Under the pieces are notes generated by a model. It saw only the letters and a list, made by a program, of their open reading frames with translations, had not been told where the DNA came from and made no database searches. This document shows positions 37,854 to 47,964 of a DNA stretch of 64,000 nucleotides, one piece after another. This DNA is from Myxococcales bacterium (lineage in GTDB: Bacteria; Myxococcota_A; Polyangia; Polyangiales; DASUME01). The translations under genes and the position numbers were made by a program. The stretch covers positions 8,160,001 through 8,224,000 of the forward strand of contig JASGJH010000001.1 of NCBI GenBank assembly GCA_047601445.1. The letters are read 5' to 3'. Every line of letters starts with the position of its first letter. Position 1 is the stretch's first letter.

Positions 37854-38644
37854 GGCGATGTTCCCCCGTCGGTGGGACCCAGACTGCCAGCATCGAGGTC
37901 GGGGACCTCGCCATCGGAGAGGTCCGCAGCTTCGCCTTCGAGCACCTCGAACGCGTTGATCATCTGCGTGACTTCGAGCTCACTCAATGGCGGATTGGCC
38001 TCGAAACCGAGGCGAATTGCCGTCATCCGCTTGGAGGTCTCGTAGTAGACCACGCGCCGGTAGCGGGCCGTCTCCTGCACCTGAGTCATGAACTCGTAGT
38101 AGGGCTGTCCCTTGTCGTTCTTACCCTCGCGACCGTCCGCGCCAAAGAACGTGTTGAGCTCTGCGCCGGTGCGACCCTCGGAATCGCTGGTGTTGAGCTT
38201 CTTCGCACAGGAGTCCTGGGTCGCCACCTGCACGCCGAGCTCATCGCAGTTCAGCACGCTGACCTCGAGCCGATATTTCGGGTACGTGATCACGCCGGGG
38301 GCCGCCATATCCACCTGTGCCGTGCGATGGATCTCGAGCACGCGTGAGCTGAGCTTGCTCGGCACCAGGTCGGGCAGCGCCGGGGCGCCCACGCGATCCA
38401 GGCGACCGAACTGAACCGACGCGTCGGGTTGTCCACGCTCGAGCGGATCGGTGGTCACGCGTTGCCAGGGCGGATCCACGTATCGGAGCCGATAGCCGAT
38501 GCCATCGGGCTGCTCGACCACGAGGCTAGACATGCCGGCATAGGTCTCGTCGGCATCTCGGCCGCAGCCCAGGGCGAGGCAGGAGAGGTTCAGGACGAGG
38601 AACGTTTGGGTGAGGCGGAAGGCCACGGGTGCTGTTGTGAACAA
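37850..38644 (-). CDS. Hypothetical lipoprotein
   Basis: LALGC lipobox; ATGA overlap with downstream gene; start uncertain. Confidence 0.6.
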   Translation of the reverse strand: MFTTAPVAFRLTQTFLVLNLSCLALGCGRDADETYAGMSSLVVEQPDGIGYRLRYVDPPWQRVTTDPLERGQPDASVQFGRLDRVGAPALPDLVPSKLSSRVLEIHRTAQVDMAAPGVITYPKYRLEVSVLNCDELGVQVATQDSCAKKLNTSDSEGRTGAELNTFFGADGREGKNDKGQPYYEFMTQVQETARYRRVVYYETSKRMTAIRLGFEANPPLSELEVTQMINAFEVLEGEAADLSDGEVPDLDAGSLGPTDGGTSP

Positions 38645-38903
38645 TGCTGGGCAGAACGCAAATCGGTCAAGGATTCACGGCATCCGGGCGCGCTTGGGAT
38701 GAGGCTCCAATGTGGGCTTTTTGCACCCATGGATTTGAGTGCGCGGATACTCGCGGAACTCCCCCAAGACGGTGTTACCATCCCGCAAGCTGCAAGGGGG
38801 GACACCGCGCTGCGCTCCCTCCCGCTTATTTTCGTGCGGGGTCGCCCGCGCAGTTCGATGTGTCGGAGGCAGGTAGTGTCGCTCTCCAGGGTTGAGGTTT
38901 CTT

Positions 38904-40571
38904 ATGGATGACTCGCGCAGGGCGCCGCTTTCGGTACCGCGTCCGCCTGTCCAGGGACCGGATCCTCTCATCGGCCGCATCGTCAACGATCGCTACCGCA
39001 TCGTGGGGATCATCGCGCGCGGCGGCATGGGCAAGGTGTACCGCGCCGAGCAGCAGCCCCTCGGGCGTCTGGTGGCCCTCAAGGTCCTGGATCCGAACTA
39101 CACGGGCGACAACGATCCCGAGTTCCATCGGCGTTTCTTCCTGGAGGCTTCCATCGCCTCCAAGTTGTCGCACCCGAACACCGTCACGATTTTCGATTAC
39201 GGCAAGACCGACGACGACATCTACTACATCGCCATGGAGCTGCTCGAGGGGCGCACGCTTCACCGCGCGCTCCGAGACGAGGGCCCGTTCGCGCCCGATC
39301 GCGTCGTGCACATTGGTCGCCAGATCTGCCGCTCGCTGCGTGAAGCCCACGCGCTCGGCGTGATCCATCGCGATCTGAAGCCCGCCAACGTGTACCTGGT
39401 CCAGCACGGCGACGAGAACGACCTGGTCAAGGTGCTCGACTTCGGCCTGGTGAAGAACGTCGAGGACAAGGCCGGCGAGGAGCTGACCCAGACCGGACTC
39501 TTCATGGGCTCGCCCAAGTACATGTCGCCCGAGCAAATCCGCGGAGACGCGGTGGATGCGCGCGTCGACGTATATGCGCTCGGCGTAATGATGTACGAGA
39601 TGTTGACCGGCAAGGTGCCCTTCGATCGCGCCAACTCGGTGAACATCCTGATGGCTCACATCCAGGAAGAAGTGCCGCTGATGAGCGAGCACAACGCCAA
39701 TGTGCGGATTCCGCCGGCGCTCGAGCAGGTGGTCCGCAAGTGCATGGCCAAGCAGCGAGAGGATCGCTACGCCAGCATGGACGCCGTGCTGACCGCGCTG
39801 AAGCAGTGCGGCTACATGGGCGGCACCATCAGCGGCGAACACCGCCTCGACAGCGGCGACAACAGCATCGTGTTCGGAGCGCTGCACAGCCCGATCTCTT
39901 CCACCGTGCGTGTCGCGAACGACGCGACCCTGAGCGGACCCGTGCTCTCCACGGCCTTCGATAGCCCGGCGGTCGAGCCGGCTCCCGTGGTGGCCAACAA
40001 GCCCAAGCGCAGCTGGCTGCCGCTGGCGGCGGGAGCAGCGCTGCTCGTGAGCGTCGGAGCCGGCATGGCTTTCTCGCGCGGCAGCGAGCCGACCAAGGAA
40101 CAGCCGGGCGTGGCACCGGCGGCCACTGCAGCGCCCGTCGCCGAACGTCCATCGAGCGTCGGGGAGGCTCCTGTCGCCGCCGCGCCGTCCAACGTTGCGC
40201 CCGCGGCCGCCGAGCCTCAGGTCGCGCCCAGTGTCGGCACGGTGCTGGTGTCGCTGCGCTCTACGCCGCCGGGGGCCATGGTGGTGGTGGGTGGCAAGGA
40301 GTTCGGTCCGACGCCGACGCAGCTCGAGTGGTCGGGTGCCGATGCGGCGGTCGGTCGGGAAGTCACCTTTCGATTTCAGCGCAAGGGCTACCGCGATCTC
40401 ACGGTCACCCGACAGATTCGCGGTGACCGGCTCGAGGTCGAAGCTCCTCCGATGGATCCGATTCCTGTGCGCAGGCCCACGCGTGACGAACGCCCTGCCG
40501 GGGCCGCGCCTGGCGCGAAGGGCCCGGGTGTGGTGGCTCCGCTCAAGGACTACAAGGCCGAGCCCTACTGA
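38904..40571 (+). CDS. Membrane Ser/Thr protein kinase with PEGA-like C-terminal domain
   Basis: GGMGKVY, VALK, HRDLKPAN, DFG, YMSPEQ; TM helix; STPPGAMV..GPTP..KGY. Confidence 0.93.
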   Translation: MDDSRRAPLSVPRPPVQGPDPLIGRIVNDRYRIVGIIARGGMGKVYRAEQQPLGRLVALKVLDPNYTGDNDPEFHRRFFLEASIASKLSHPNTVTIFDYGKTDDDIYYIAMELLEGRTLHRALRDEGPFAPDRVVHIGRQICRSLREAHALGVIHRDLKPANVYLVQHGDENDLVKVLDFGLVKNVEDKAGEELTQTGLFMGSPKYMSPEQIRGDAVDARVDVYALGVMMYEMLTGKVPFDRANSVNILMAHIQEEVPLMSEHNANVRIPPALEQVVRKCMAKQREDRYASMDAVLTALKQCGYMGGTISGEHRLDSGDNSIVFGALHSPISSTVRVANDATLSGPVLSTAFDSPAVEPAPVVANKPKRSWLPLAAGAALLVSVGAGMAFSRGSEPTKEQPGVAPAATAAPVAERPSSVGEAPVAAAPSNVAPAAAEPQVAPSVGTVLVSLRSTPPGAMVVVGGKEFGPTPTQLEWSGADAAVGREVTFRFQRKGYRDLTVTRQIRGDRLEVEAPPMDPIPVRRPTRDERPAGAAPGAKGPGVVAPLKDYKAEPY

Positions 40572-40631
40572 GACGTTCGCCGCATTGACCCCGGCCGGGA
40601 GTTGCCGCACCCTCGCGCCCAGGTGACGTCG

Positions 40632-41585
40632 ATGGCCTCCACAGAGCAAGCGCATGCGACCGGTTCGGTCGTCACGCCAGGCAACCACGACGGGGTCCAC
40701 CTCGGACATCGCGCCCTGGTGCGCGCGGCTCGTCAGCTGGCCGACCAACAGCAGCCGGCCCTCGAGGTCGTGGCGCTCACGTTCGATCCTCATCCCCTGC
40801 ACGTGATGGCGCCCGAGCGAGCACCTCCGCTCCTGACCTCACCTGAGCGTCGCGCTCAGCTGCTGCTCGGCGCGGGTGCCGATCGCGTGGTGGTGCGCCC
40901 CTTCGACGCAGCCTTCGCGAGTCTGACGCCGGAGCAGTTCGTGGCCGAGGTGCTGCGACGTGACCTCGGTGCGCGTGCGGTGGTGGTCGGCAACGACTTC
41001 CGCTTCGGCGCCCAGCGTGCCGGCGACGTCGCTCGCTTGCGCGAGCTGATGGCCGAGACGCAGGGGCAGGTCCTCACGGTGCCCGCGGTCACGCTCGAGG
41101 GCGAGGTCGTCTCGTCGAGCCACGTTCGTGCCGCCCTGGCGCGCGGGGACGTCGCACTGGCAGCACGCATGCTTACGCGCGTTCATGACGTAACGCGCAC
41201 CGTGATCCAGGGAGCGCAGCGGGGGCGCACGATCGGGTTCCCCACCGCCAACCTGGAACTTAGCGGATTGATGACTCCGGCAGACGGTGTGTACGCAGTG
41301 GTCGTGCGCGTCCTGGACGAGGGCCCGGCGAACCCACTGCGCCTGGGGGTCGCCAACTTGGGAGTGCGTCCCACCGTCAGCGCCGGGCGTTCGTTGGAGG
41401 TACACTTGTTGGACTTCGCCGGAGATCTCTACGGCAAGTCCCTGCGGGTCGGCTTCGTGGCGCGCTTGCGAGCGGAGCAGAAGTTCGAGAGCCTCGACGC
41501 GCTGCGCGCGCAAATCGCGCGTGACGTGGAAGCCGGGCGCGGGGTCCTCGCGCAATCCGACCAGTTGCTATGGGCATGGGTATGA
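40632..41585 (+). CDS. ribF: Bifunctional riboflavin kinase/FAD synthetase
   Basis: DGVHLGH, TFDPHP, GNDFRFG, GRTIGFPTAN, NLGVRPT, LEVHLLDF. Confidence 0.96.
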   Translation: MASTEQAHATGSVVTPGNHDGVHLGHRALVRAARQLADQQQPALEVVALTFDPHPLHVMAPERAPPLLTSPERRAQLLLGAGADRVVVRPFDAAFASLTPEQFVAEVLRRDLGARAVVVGNDFRFGAQRAGDVARLRELMAETQGQVLTVPAVTLEGEVVSSSHVRAALARGDVALAARMLTRVHDVTRTVIQGAQRGRTIGFPTANLELSGLMTPADGVYAVVVRVLDEGPANPLRLGVANLGVRPTVSAGRSLEVHLLDFAGDLYGKSLRVGFVARLRAEQKFESLDALRAQIARDVEAGRGVLAQSDQLLWAWV

Positions 41586-42052
41586 AGCCAACCAGCTTGT
41601 TCAAGCGAGTCTTCGATTTCGCGCGCGCCGAGTTGGAGCGGCGAGCCAAGCCGAACCAGGACGACGAGCGCGAACCTGCGGAGGCCTATGCCATCGGCGC
41701 TGCCGGTGCTGCCTTCGATCCGCCTCGCGGTGAGGTGAGGGGCGGCGGCGCTCCCGAGCTGCGCGGTCTCGAGGTGGTGCGAACCGAACGCGCCGGCGTG
41801 CGCTTGTCGTGGTCCATCTCGGACGCCGAGATCCAGCGGGCGCGGGCCCTCATCGATCCGGAAGCGGTGCTGTGCGTGCGCGTGGTGGCGTTCTCGCCGT
41901 TGCGCGACGACGTGCTCCGCCAGGTTCAAGATCGCCCGGGAGTCGAGCCACGCGGCGAGTGCGACGCCGGCATGGTGGACGGTCGCGCCATCGTGTCCAT
42001 CGGGCTGCGCTCGGGCGAGCGCTTCGTCTCGATCACCCACCACACGCTCTGA
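41582..42052 (+). CDS. Hypothetical protein
   Basis: ATGA overlap with ribF; coding-like codon usage. Confidence 0.6.
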   Translation: MKPTSLFKRVFDFARAELERRAKPNQDDEREPAEAYAIGAAGAAFDPPRGEVRGGGAPELRGLEVVRTERAGVRLSWSISDAEIQRARALIDPEAVLCVRVVAFSPLRDDVLRQVQDRPGVEPRGECDAGMVDGRAIVSIGLRSGERFVSITHHTL

Positions 42053-42152
42053 GCACGCTTTTCCACGCAACCGTGCGGACCACGGGCCGATAGCAGCTCC
42101 AAAAGCAAGGCGTGGTCACGCGGCATCGGCGTGGTCCACGCGGGAGTCGCTC

Positions 42153-42497
42153 GTGCCGCTCGTGATCGCCATCGTCTCGGGAATCGTTTGTGCGCTCTTC
42201 GCCAGCGGCTGTCGTCGCGCGGCTGCAGCCTCGTTCGTCCCCACGCTCCAGGTCCAGCTCGCGGCGCGTCAGGTGACCCGGAGTAACCTGCCAGCCCAGC
42301 GCAAGGCTCCCTGGGACGCCACCGTCATCGCCTGGCTGCGCTTCACGCCGAAGATCGCGGCCAGCAGCATTCCCATGCGGGCCGAGTTCGACGTGGAGCT
42401 CGACGTGATCCCGTGTGAAGCCGAGGACCTCACATGCCTGGAGGAGTTCGCCGAGGGGGAGCGGAGCACCACTCGCATGCTCGGGGAACTCGAATGA
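42153..42497 (+). CDS. Hypothetical exported protein
   Basis: Hydrophobic N-terminus; GGAG upstream; ATGA overlap with next gene. Confidence 0.5.
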   Translation: MPLVIAIVSGIVCALFASGCRRAAAASFVPTLQVQLAARQVTRSNLPAQRKAPWDATVIAWLRFTPKIAASSIPMRAEFDVELDVIPCEAEDLTCLEEFAEGERSTTRMLGELE

Positions 42498-43093
42498 GCC
42501 TCCGGATGCATGTACTCAAATGGGGAGCCCGGCTACTTCTCATGGTGCTCGTGATGCCGGCACGGGCGCAGGAGGTTCCGCGTCCGCGCGCGCGCCCGGA
42601 GCCCTCGGTGGCCGAGGTGCTGCGGATGGCCCAGCGCGCCGCCTTGCAATCGAGCCCCGAGCGCACGCGGAGCCTGGTGCGGCGGGCGCGCCTTTCGGGC
42701 CTCGTGCCGACCCTCAAGCTTGGTGCCGAGCGTGGCTTGCAGCAGGACCTTTCGGCCTCTTCGGGTGGAGACACGGAGCGCACGAACTCGTCCCTGGGCG
42801 ACGACCTCAGTATCGACGCAGCGCTGACCTTCGAGCTGCCGCGCCTGGTGTTCGCGCCCGAGGAGGTGCGTCTGCTATCGGTCGATCGTTGGCTCGCCCA
42901 GGATCGCAAAAAGCTCTTCGAGGAGATCGTGCGGCTGTATTTTCAGCGCCGGCGCCTGCTCGCGGAGAAGGCCCGCGCCGCGGCGCCCGACCCCGAGCTA
43001 GAGCTGGCGCTTGCGGAGAGCGAAGCCTTGCTCGACGCGTTTACGGACGGTGCCTTCGGGGCGGCGATCCGGGCGCGCGCTGCTGCGGAATAG
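42494..43093 (+). CDS. Hypothetical exported protein with TolC-like half-repeat pattern
   Basis: Signal peptide (ARA-Q); RARLSGLVPTL..LTFEL..VRLYFQRRR..LDAFTDG. Confidence 0.55.
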   Translation: MSLRMHVLKWGARLLLMVLVMPARAQEVPRPRARPEPSVAEVLRMAQRAALQSSPERTRSLVRRARLSGLVPTLKLGAERGLQQDLSASSGGDTERTNSSLGDDLSIDAALTFELPRLVFAPEEVRLLSVDRWLAQDRKKLFEEIVRLYFQRRRLLAEKARAAAPDPELELALAESEALLDAFTDGAFGAAIRARAAAE

Positions 43094-43120
43094 CCGCACG
43101 CGGGAGCGCGGCTGCCGAGT

Positions 43121-43744
43121 TCACTTCTGCTTGGTTTGAGCCACCAGGGAGCGAATCTCGCCGAGTACGTCATCGAGGGGACGCGGCTCTTCCACGGCGG
43201 CGGGTTGGGGCGTGAGGGTCCCCGCGCTCTTCTTCACCAGCGCCAAGTTGCTCGTCCCCGAGCGCACCCAGCGTGCGCCGTCACGCTCGAATACGCGGAG
43301 GGCCCCCTGGCTCATGCCCACTGGGCGCAAGAGCGCGCGCTGTTGAGGATCGGATCCGAACAGCAGCACCGTCTCGCCCACCGTAAAGCTCGGCTCTCCC
43401 TCGATGCGCATGCTGACGCCATTCACGGCTCCGCCGAGCTTGCGCACGACCACGCTGGCACCAGGGGCCAAATCGCCCTTCTCGGCCTGCTCTACCTGCA
43501 TCTGCACATCGGTCACGATGCGCCCGCGTTCGTCGTAGGAGCTCCGCTGGCCCATCACGCGTGCGAGCACCACGACCTGCGCCTCCTTCACGAGCTCGGA
43601 CAAGTCCATGGCCAAGACGAGCGAGGCACGGACGCTCGGGCTCACGACCAGCCACAGTCCTGCGGCGACCACGGCCGCTGCGACCATCCGTCGCACGCTC
43701 CTGCCCATTCGAGGCAAACGTTCACGCCAGCTGATTGTTTCCAT
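43121..43744 (-). CDS. Hypothetical exported protein
   Basis: Signal peptide; LSELV..A.VVV.ARV, GG.V.G..M.IEG.P.F..GE.VLLF, PVGMSQG. Confidence 0.7.
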   Translation of the reverse strand: METISWRERLPRMGRSVRRMVAAAVVAAGLWLVVSPSVRASLVLAMDLSELVKEAQVVVLARVMGQRSSYDERGRIVTDVQMQVEQAEKGDLAPGASVVVRKLGGAVNGVSMRIEGEPSFTVGETVLLFGSDPQQRALLRPVGMSQGALRVFERDGARWVRSGTSNLALVKKSAGTLTPQPAAVEEPRPLDDVLGEIRSLVAQTKQK

Positions 43745-43849
43745 TGTTAGCCCTCGGGTCCTCGGCACCCAGGCTACACCAGACAGGCTGGCGGCGCTGC
43801 CCCCCTGCCAGGCGGTCTGAACGGCCATACCCATGGACGTCCCGCACCA

Positions 43850-43879
43850 TTGACAATCTGCAGTAGCCCCGCGTACAAC
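43850..43879 (+). promoter_or_regulatory. Putative sigma70 promoter for tatT
   Basis: TTGACA-N18-TACAAC ending 8 nt before ATG 43888 (near-leaderless). Confidence 0.4.
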
Positions 43880-43887
43880 GCCGCACC

Positions 43888-44826
43888 ATGACCGCCACGT
43901 CTCGTTCACGCGACCTCATTGCAGGAGTCGCTTCCATTCTTCTTCTGGCCGGCAGCACCGGCTGCAGCATGAGCAAGCTGGTCGCCAACCAGACCGCCGG
44001 CATGGTGCGCGATGGAGCACCCGCGCTCGACGCGCTCGGCGACTACGAGCTCGCCGTGCAGGGCATTCCGGGTGGCATCGTGCAGCTCGAAACCTTCTAC
44101 CACATCAGCCCGGACAACCCCGACCTCGGCCTGAACCTCGCGAAGGCCTACGTCGGCTACGCGCTGGCTTCGGTCGAACATCAGTACGAAGTTCAGGACG
44201 CCGCCGGCAACATGGACGCCGCCGACGAGCTTCGTGCGCGTGCGCGCTTCTTGTACCTTCGCGCCCGCGACATCGGGCTCCACCAGCTCAACGTGAAGAA
44301 GAAGGGCGTCGACGCGGCCGTGAAGGGCGGCGAGGCAGACCTCACGAAGTACCTGCAGAAGTTCAAGAGCAAGCACGATGCGCCCGCGCTGTTCTGGGCC
44401 GGCTCTGCCTGGGGCGCCGCCATCGACATGTCTCGCGACCAGCCTGATCTCATCGTGGATCTGCCGCTCGCGAAGGCCCTCGTGCAGCGCGCGTTCGAGC
44501 TCGACGAGTCCTTCTATCACTTCGGTCCCGGCATGTTCCTCGGCGCGGCCAACTCGGCTCTGCCCGAGGCCATGGGTGGCAACCCCACGCTCGGTAAGCA
44601 GTTCTTCGATACCGCACTCGAGAAGTCGGGTCGCAAGAACCTGATCATCCAGTTCCAGATGGCGCGCACCTACGCGGTGAACACCCAGAACAAGGAACTG
44701 TTCGACAAGCTGATCAAGGAAATCCTGGATGCTCCCGACTACGGCGACGAGTTCCGTCTGCCGAACCTGATCGCGAAGCACCGCGCCAAGTTCTACCAGG
44801 AGACGAAGGGCCCCGCGCTCTTCTGA
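43888..44826 (+). CDS. tatT: TRAP transporter TatT component (TPR-like lipoprotein)
   Basis: STGC lipobox; DYELA..GIP..LE, LFWAGSAWGAAI, ELDESFY, MGGNP, NLIAK.RA; precedes dctP. Confidence 0.8.
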   Translation: MTATSRSRDLIAGVASILLLAGSTGCSMSKLVANQTAGMVRDGAPALDALGDYELAVQGIPGGIVQLETFYHISPDNPDLGLNLAKAYVGYALASVEHQYEVQDAAGNMDAADELRARARFLYLRARDIGLHQLNVKKKGVDAAVKGGEADLTKYLQKFKSKHDAPALFWAGSAWGAAIDMSRDQPDLIVDLPLAKALVQRAFELDESFYHFGPGMFLGAANSALPEAMGGNPTLGKQFFDTALEKSGRKNLIIQFQMARTYAVNTQNKELFDKLIKEILDAPDYGDEFRLPNLIAKHRAKFYQETKGPALF

Positions 44827-44998
44827 GACCGTGCGATTGCGGGCTAGCTCACGAGTCCGTCAGTTCATCGAAAAAGCATTTGAATCACCCCAAGCACCCC
44901 AACGTCGCCGCCCTGGAATGGGCGCGTACGCTCGGGCCTCGCGTTCGAGTTGGGGATCCCAAATTACTTATCTGGCTGAGAAGCGGAGGATTGGAAAA

Positions 44999-46015
44999 AT
45001 GACGCGCAGGCTCTCGACAATGTTGCTGATCATCGGCGCCGTGCTGGCGCTGCCCGGCCTCGCCACCGTGGCCGCGGAAGGAAAGACGGTCATCCGCCTC
45101 GCCACCTTGGCTCCCGTGGGCAGCACGTGGGACCGGGTCTTCAAGGCCTGGAACAAGTCTCTCGGCGACCAAACCAAGGGTGCGGTCTCCATCCAGTTCT
45201 TCAACGGCGGCGTGGCCGGCGATGAGAAGGACGTCATCCGCAAGATGAAGCTCAACCAGATGGACGCTGGCGCGTTCACCACGGTGGGCCTCGCGCAGAT
45301 CGCTCGCCCGCTGTCGCTGCTCACCACGCCCGGCGTGATCGATGGCTACGAGCACCTCAACAAGGTGCGCCAAACGCTTGCCCCCGAGCTCGAGGCGATC
45401 TTCGACAAGGAAGGCTACAAGCTCCTCGGCTGGGGCGACGCCGGCTTCGGTCGCGTCATGTCGAACCGCCCCATCCTGATGCCCTCGGACTACAAGGCCG
45501 TGCGTCCGTGGGTGCCGCGCGACGAGGCTGCCTTCCCCGAGTTCATGAAGATCGTGGGCGCCAATGGCGTGCCCGCCGGCATCCCCGAGGTGTTCCCTGC
45601 GCTGCAGACCGGCATGATCGACACCGTCATGGTGTCCGCCATCGCAGCCGTGGCGCTGCAGTGGTTCCGCAACGTGAAGTTCGTGGCCAAGGAAGCCCAG
45701 ATCCCGATCGTCGGCGCGACCCTCATTCGCAAGGACTTCTTGGCCACGTTGCCGCCCGACCAGCTTCAGCACCTCACCGAGACGGGTAAAAAGGCCCACG
45801 AAGTGCTGCTGAAGCAGATCGCCAAGGAAGATGAGACCGCCTACAAGGCGCTCACCACCAAGCTCGGCCTCAAGGAGTTCTCCATGGGTGCCACTCCCGA
45901 GCAGGTCAAGGCCTGGGCGGATGTTGGCAAGGAGTTGCGCAAGCGTCTCACTGGCAAGCTCTGGACCGAGGAGTTCTACAAAAAGACCATGGATGCTGCC
46001 AAGAAGAAGGACTGA
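44999..46015 (+). CDS. dctP: TRAP transporter DctP-family substrate-binding protein
   Basis: IRLATLAPVGSTW, GGVAGDEKDVIRKM, LLGWGDAGF, EVFPALQTGMID. Confidence 0.9.
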   Translation: MTRRLSTMLLIIGAVLALPGLATVAAEGKTVIRLATLAPVGSTWDRVFKAWNKSLGDQTKGAVSIQFFNGGVAGDEKDVIRKMKLNQMDAGAFTTVGLAQIARPLSLLTTPGVIDGYEHLNKVRQTLAPELEAIFDKEGYKLLGWGDAGFGRVMSNRPILMPSDYKAVRPWVPRDEAAFPEFMKIVGANGVPAGIPEVFPALQTGMIDTVMVSAIAAVALQWFRNVKFVAKEAQIPIVGATLIRKDFLATLPPDQLQHLTETGKKAHEVLLKQIAKEDETAYKALTTKLGLKEFSMGATPEQVKAWADVGKELRKRLTGKLWTEEFYKKTMDAAKKKD

Positions 46016-46054
46016 GTCCTTCCGAGCCGACGTCTCCTGAGAGACGGCCTTGCG

Positions 46055-46092
46055 AACCGCGTCCTCCGATTGAAGGGCGCGGTTTTGTTTTT
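46055..46092 (+). terminator. Intrinsic terminator after dctP
   Basis: AACCGCGTCCT-loop-AGGGCGCGGTT-TTGTTTTT. Confidence 0.75.
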
Positions 46093-46240
46093 GGCGGGGC
46101 ACATGGCTGGAGCATGGCGTGCGCGGGGCCGTGCGTGCCCGGGGATGGGCGCCCGCGGCGGCTCGTGTCCGCGAATGGGCGGGGCGCTTGGCGTTCCTGG
46201 CCAACGGCTTTCGCGCGCAGCCGTGAGGAAGCGCCCAGGT

Positions 46241-47254
46241 CTAGGGCTTCACTGGAACCGGTCCAGAGGCCGGTGCGGGCGCCCCGTCAGGTGCCGGCGT
46301 GGGGGCGCCGTTGGCGGCGTCCTGGGCGGCAGGCGCGCTGGGCTGGTCTGCTCCCATCGCTTCGCGCGGGGAGGGTGGCTTCGAACCGAACGCCGCGGCC
46401 TCGCCGCCAGTCAGCGCGCGTACCTGGGAGGCGATGGAGCAGTCCTGGGCCGCAGCTGTCTGGGCCCCCGCTGCGTAATGACCAGGCTTCACGCCCTCCA
46501 CGGCAATGCGCGCGGAGACCAATGCCCCCGCGGCCTGGGTTCGCGTCCGCAGCAGGAGCTGGTCGCTCTTGAGGTCCCACAGGTACACGTCCACCGGAGC
46601 GTCGCGCCGATTGGCCCCGCGCTCGACGGTCAGCATGAACCACTGCGCGTCCACCGCCTCCACCACGAACGGCAGGTCACGCTGGCTGCGTTGCTTGAGC
46701 TCCTCGGCGACCACACGCAGCTTCATCAGGCTGTCGGCGTCCTCCGCCTGCTTGATCCACTCGGGGTCGAGGAAGGAGCCCCGGGCCAGCAGCTCGCCCG
46801 CTGGTAGCGGGGCGAGGCCCAGGCAGCGTCCGATGGCATCCGGTGTTTCGTCGAGCTTGGCCTGGTCGAGCTTGCCGGCGTACGGGATCTGGCTCTCCTC
46901 GAGCCGCAGGTAGAGCCCCTTGCCGCTTCCCAGGGCATCCAGGCGCAGGCGCGGGTCCACGAAGGTCTCGGTTCGCGGCTGGCGAGCCGCCTCCTGGGTG
47001 TGCCTCCGGACCTTCTCGGTCACGCTCTCGTAGCGGGCCACCACGGGAGCCAGGTCCGTCCCGCGGGCCTTGAGGAGCGCGGCCCTGAGCACGTCGGTCT
47101 CCTGGCGCTCGCGCATCTGGTGGACCCCCACGGAGAGCACCAGGAAGCTGCCGATACCCAGGACCCACTTCCAGGCGATCTTGGGCATGTAAGCGGGGCG
47201 TTCATCCTCCACCTCGGGGCGAGCCGGGCGCAGATCGGGCGAGTCGTCGGTCAT
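46241..47254 (-). CDS. Hypothetical single-pass membrane protein
   Basis: One N-terminal TM (WVLGIGSFLVLSVGV), soluble domain with two Cys, Pro-rich tail. Confidence 0.65.
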   Translation of the reverse strand: MTDDSPDLRPARPEVEDERPAYMPKIAWKWVLGIGSFLVLSVGVHQMRERQETDVLRAALLKARGTDLAPVVARYESVTEKVRRHTQEAARQPRTETFVDPRLRLDALGSGKGLYLRLEESQIPYAGKLDQAKLDETPDAIGRCLGLAPLPAGELLARGSFLDPEWIKQAEDADSLMKLRVVAEELKQRSQRDLPFVVEAVDAQWFMLTVERGANRRDAPVDVYLWDLKSDQLLLRTRTQAAGALVSARIAVEGVKPGHYAAGAQTAAAQDCSIASQVRALTGGEAAAFGSKPPSPREAMGADQPSAPAAQDAANGAPTPAPDGAPAPASGPVPVKP

Positions 47255-47325
47255 GGCTGTTTTCACGCTAGAAGAGACAGTTTTCGGGGCGACAAGTTCG
47301 CGGAACCCACGCTCACGCTCGGATT

Positions 47326-47355
47326 AAAAGCGAAAGGCCCCGCATCGCGAGGCCT
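47326..47355 (-). terminator. Intrinsic terminator after the aglRQS-like operon
   Basis: Minus strand AGGCCTCGC-GAT-GCGGGGCCT-TTCGCTTTT. Confidence 0.65.
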
Positions 47356-47403
47356 CTAGCAGATTCGAGGATGTCCGCGCCTTCTTTCGAACGCGGCGAG
47401 ACT

Positions 47404-47949
47404 TCACTCGCCCGGCTTGCCCAACCGATTGACCGCGAAGCTGATGTTCGCGTAGCCAGCCTGGGCGCAGGAGAACATCACCTTCTTGATGACGCGGAAG
47501 TCGATCTTCTGATCGGCCTGCAGGATCACGATGCCCGCGAAGGGGTCCGTGGGGTGCAGGATCGACCAGTTGCGCTTCAGGGTCTCAAGGTCCTGGATCA
47601 GCGACTCCATGCGCTCCACGCGGGCGTCGGCCTCGAGCGTGCGGGTGTCGGCCATGCGGCGTCCGTCCAGCGTGATGACGTCTGGATTGATGGCGATGAC
47701 CGGCTGAGGCTCGAGATCCACCACGTTGGCGGCCTCGGGCATCTTGAGGTTCGGCTGCTGGGCGAGGAGCTCACCCGAAGCGCTGAACGAGGTCAGGAGG
47801 AATACGACGAGCGTCACGAGGAAGTCGATGAACGGCACGAGCGGAATCTCGTGGTCGACCGACTTCTTGCCGCCGCCGCCAACCTTCTTCTGGACGAACT
47901 TGAGCGGGATGCTCTTGAGGAGGACTTTTCCTGGTCTATGGATGGCCAT
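47404..47949 (-). CDS. aglS: ExbD/TolR-family motor subunit, AglS-like
   Basis: LVPFIDFLVTLVVFLL TM with conserved Asp; ILQAD..IDFRVIKKVM; third gene of an ExbB-ExbD-ExbD triad; symbol from recalled similarity only. Confidence 0.7.
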   Translation of the reverse strand: MAIHRPGKVLLKSIPLKFVQKKVGGGGKKSVDHEIPLVPFIDFLVTLVVFLLTSFSASGELLAQQPNLKMPEAANVVDLEPQPVIAINPDVITLDGRRMADTRTLEADARVERMESLIQDLETLKRNWSILHPTDPFAGIVILQADQKIDFRVIKKVMFSCAQAGYANISFAVNRLGKPGE

Positions 47950-47964
47950 GCTCTCGTCCGTCTT

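Noticed and set aside
42109..42143. Imperfect direct repeat GGCGTGGTC(C)ACGCGG
   Set aside because: Short, GC-rich and only two copies; may be chance.
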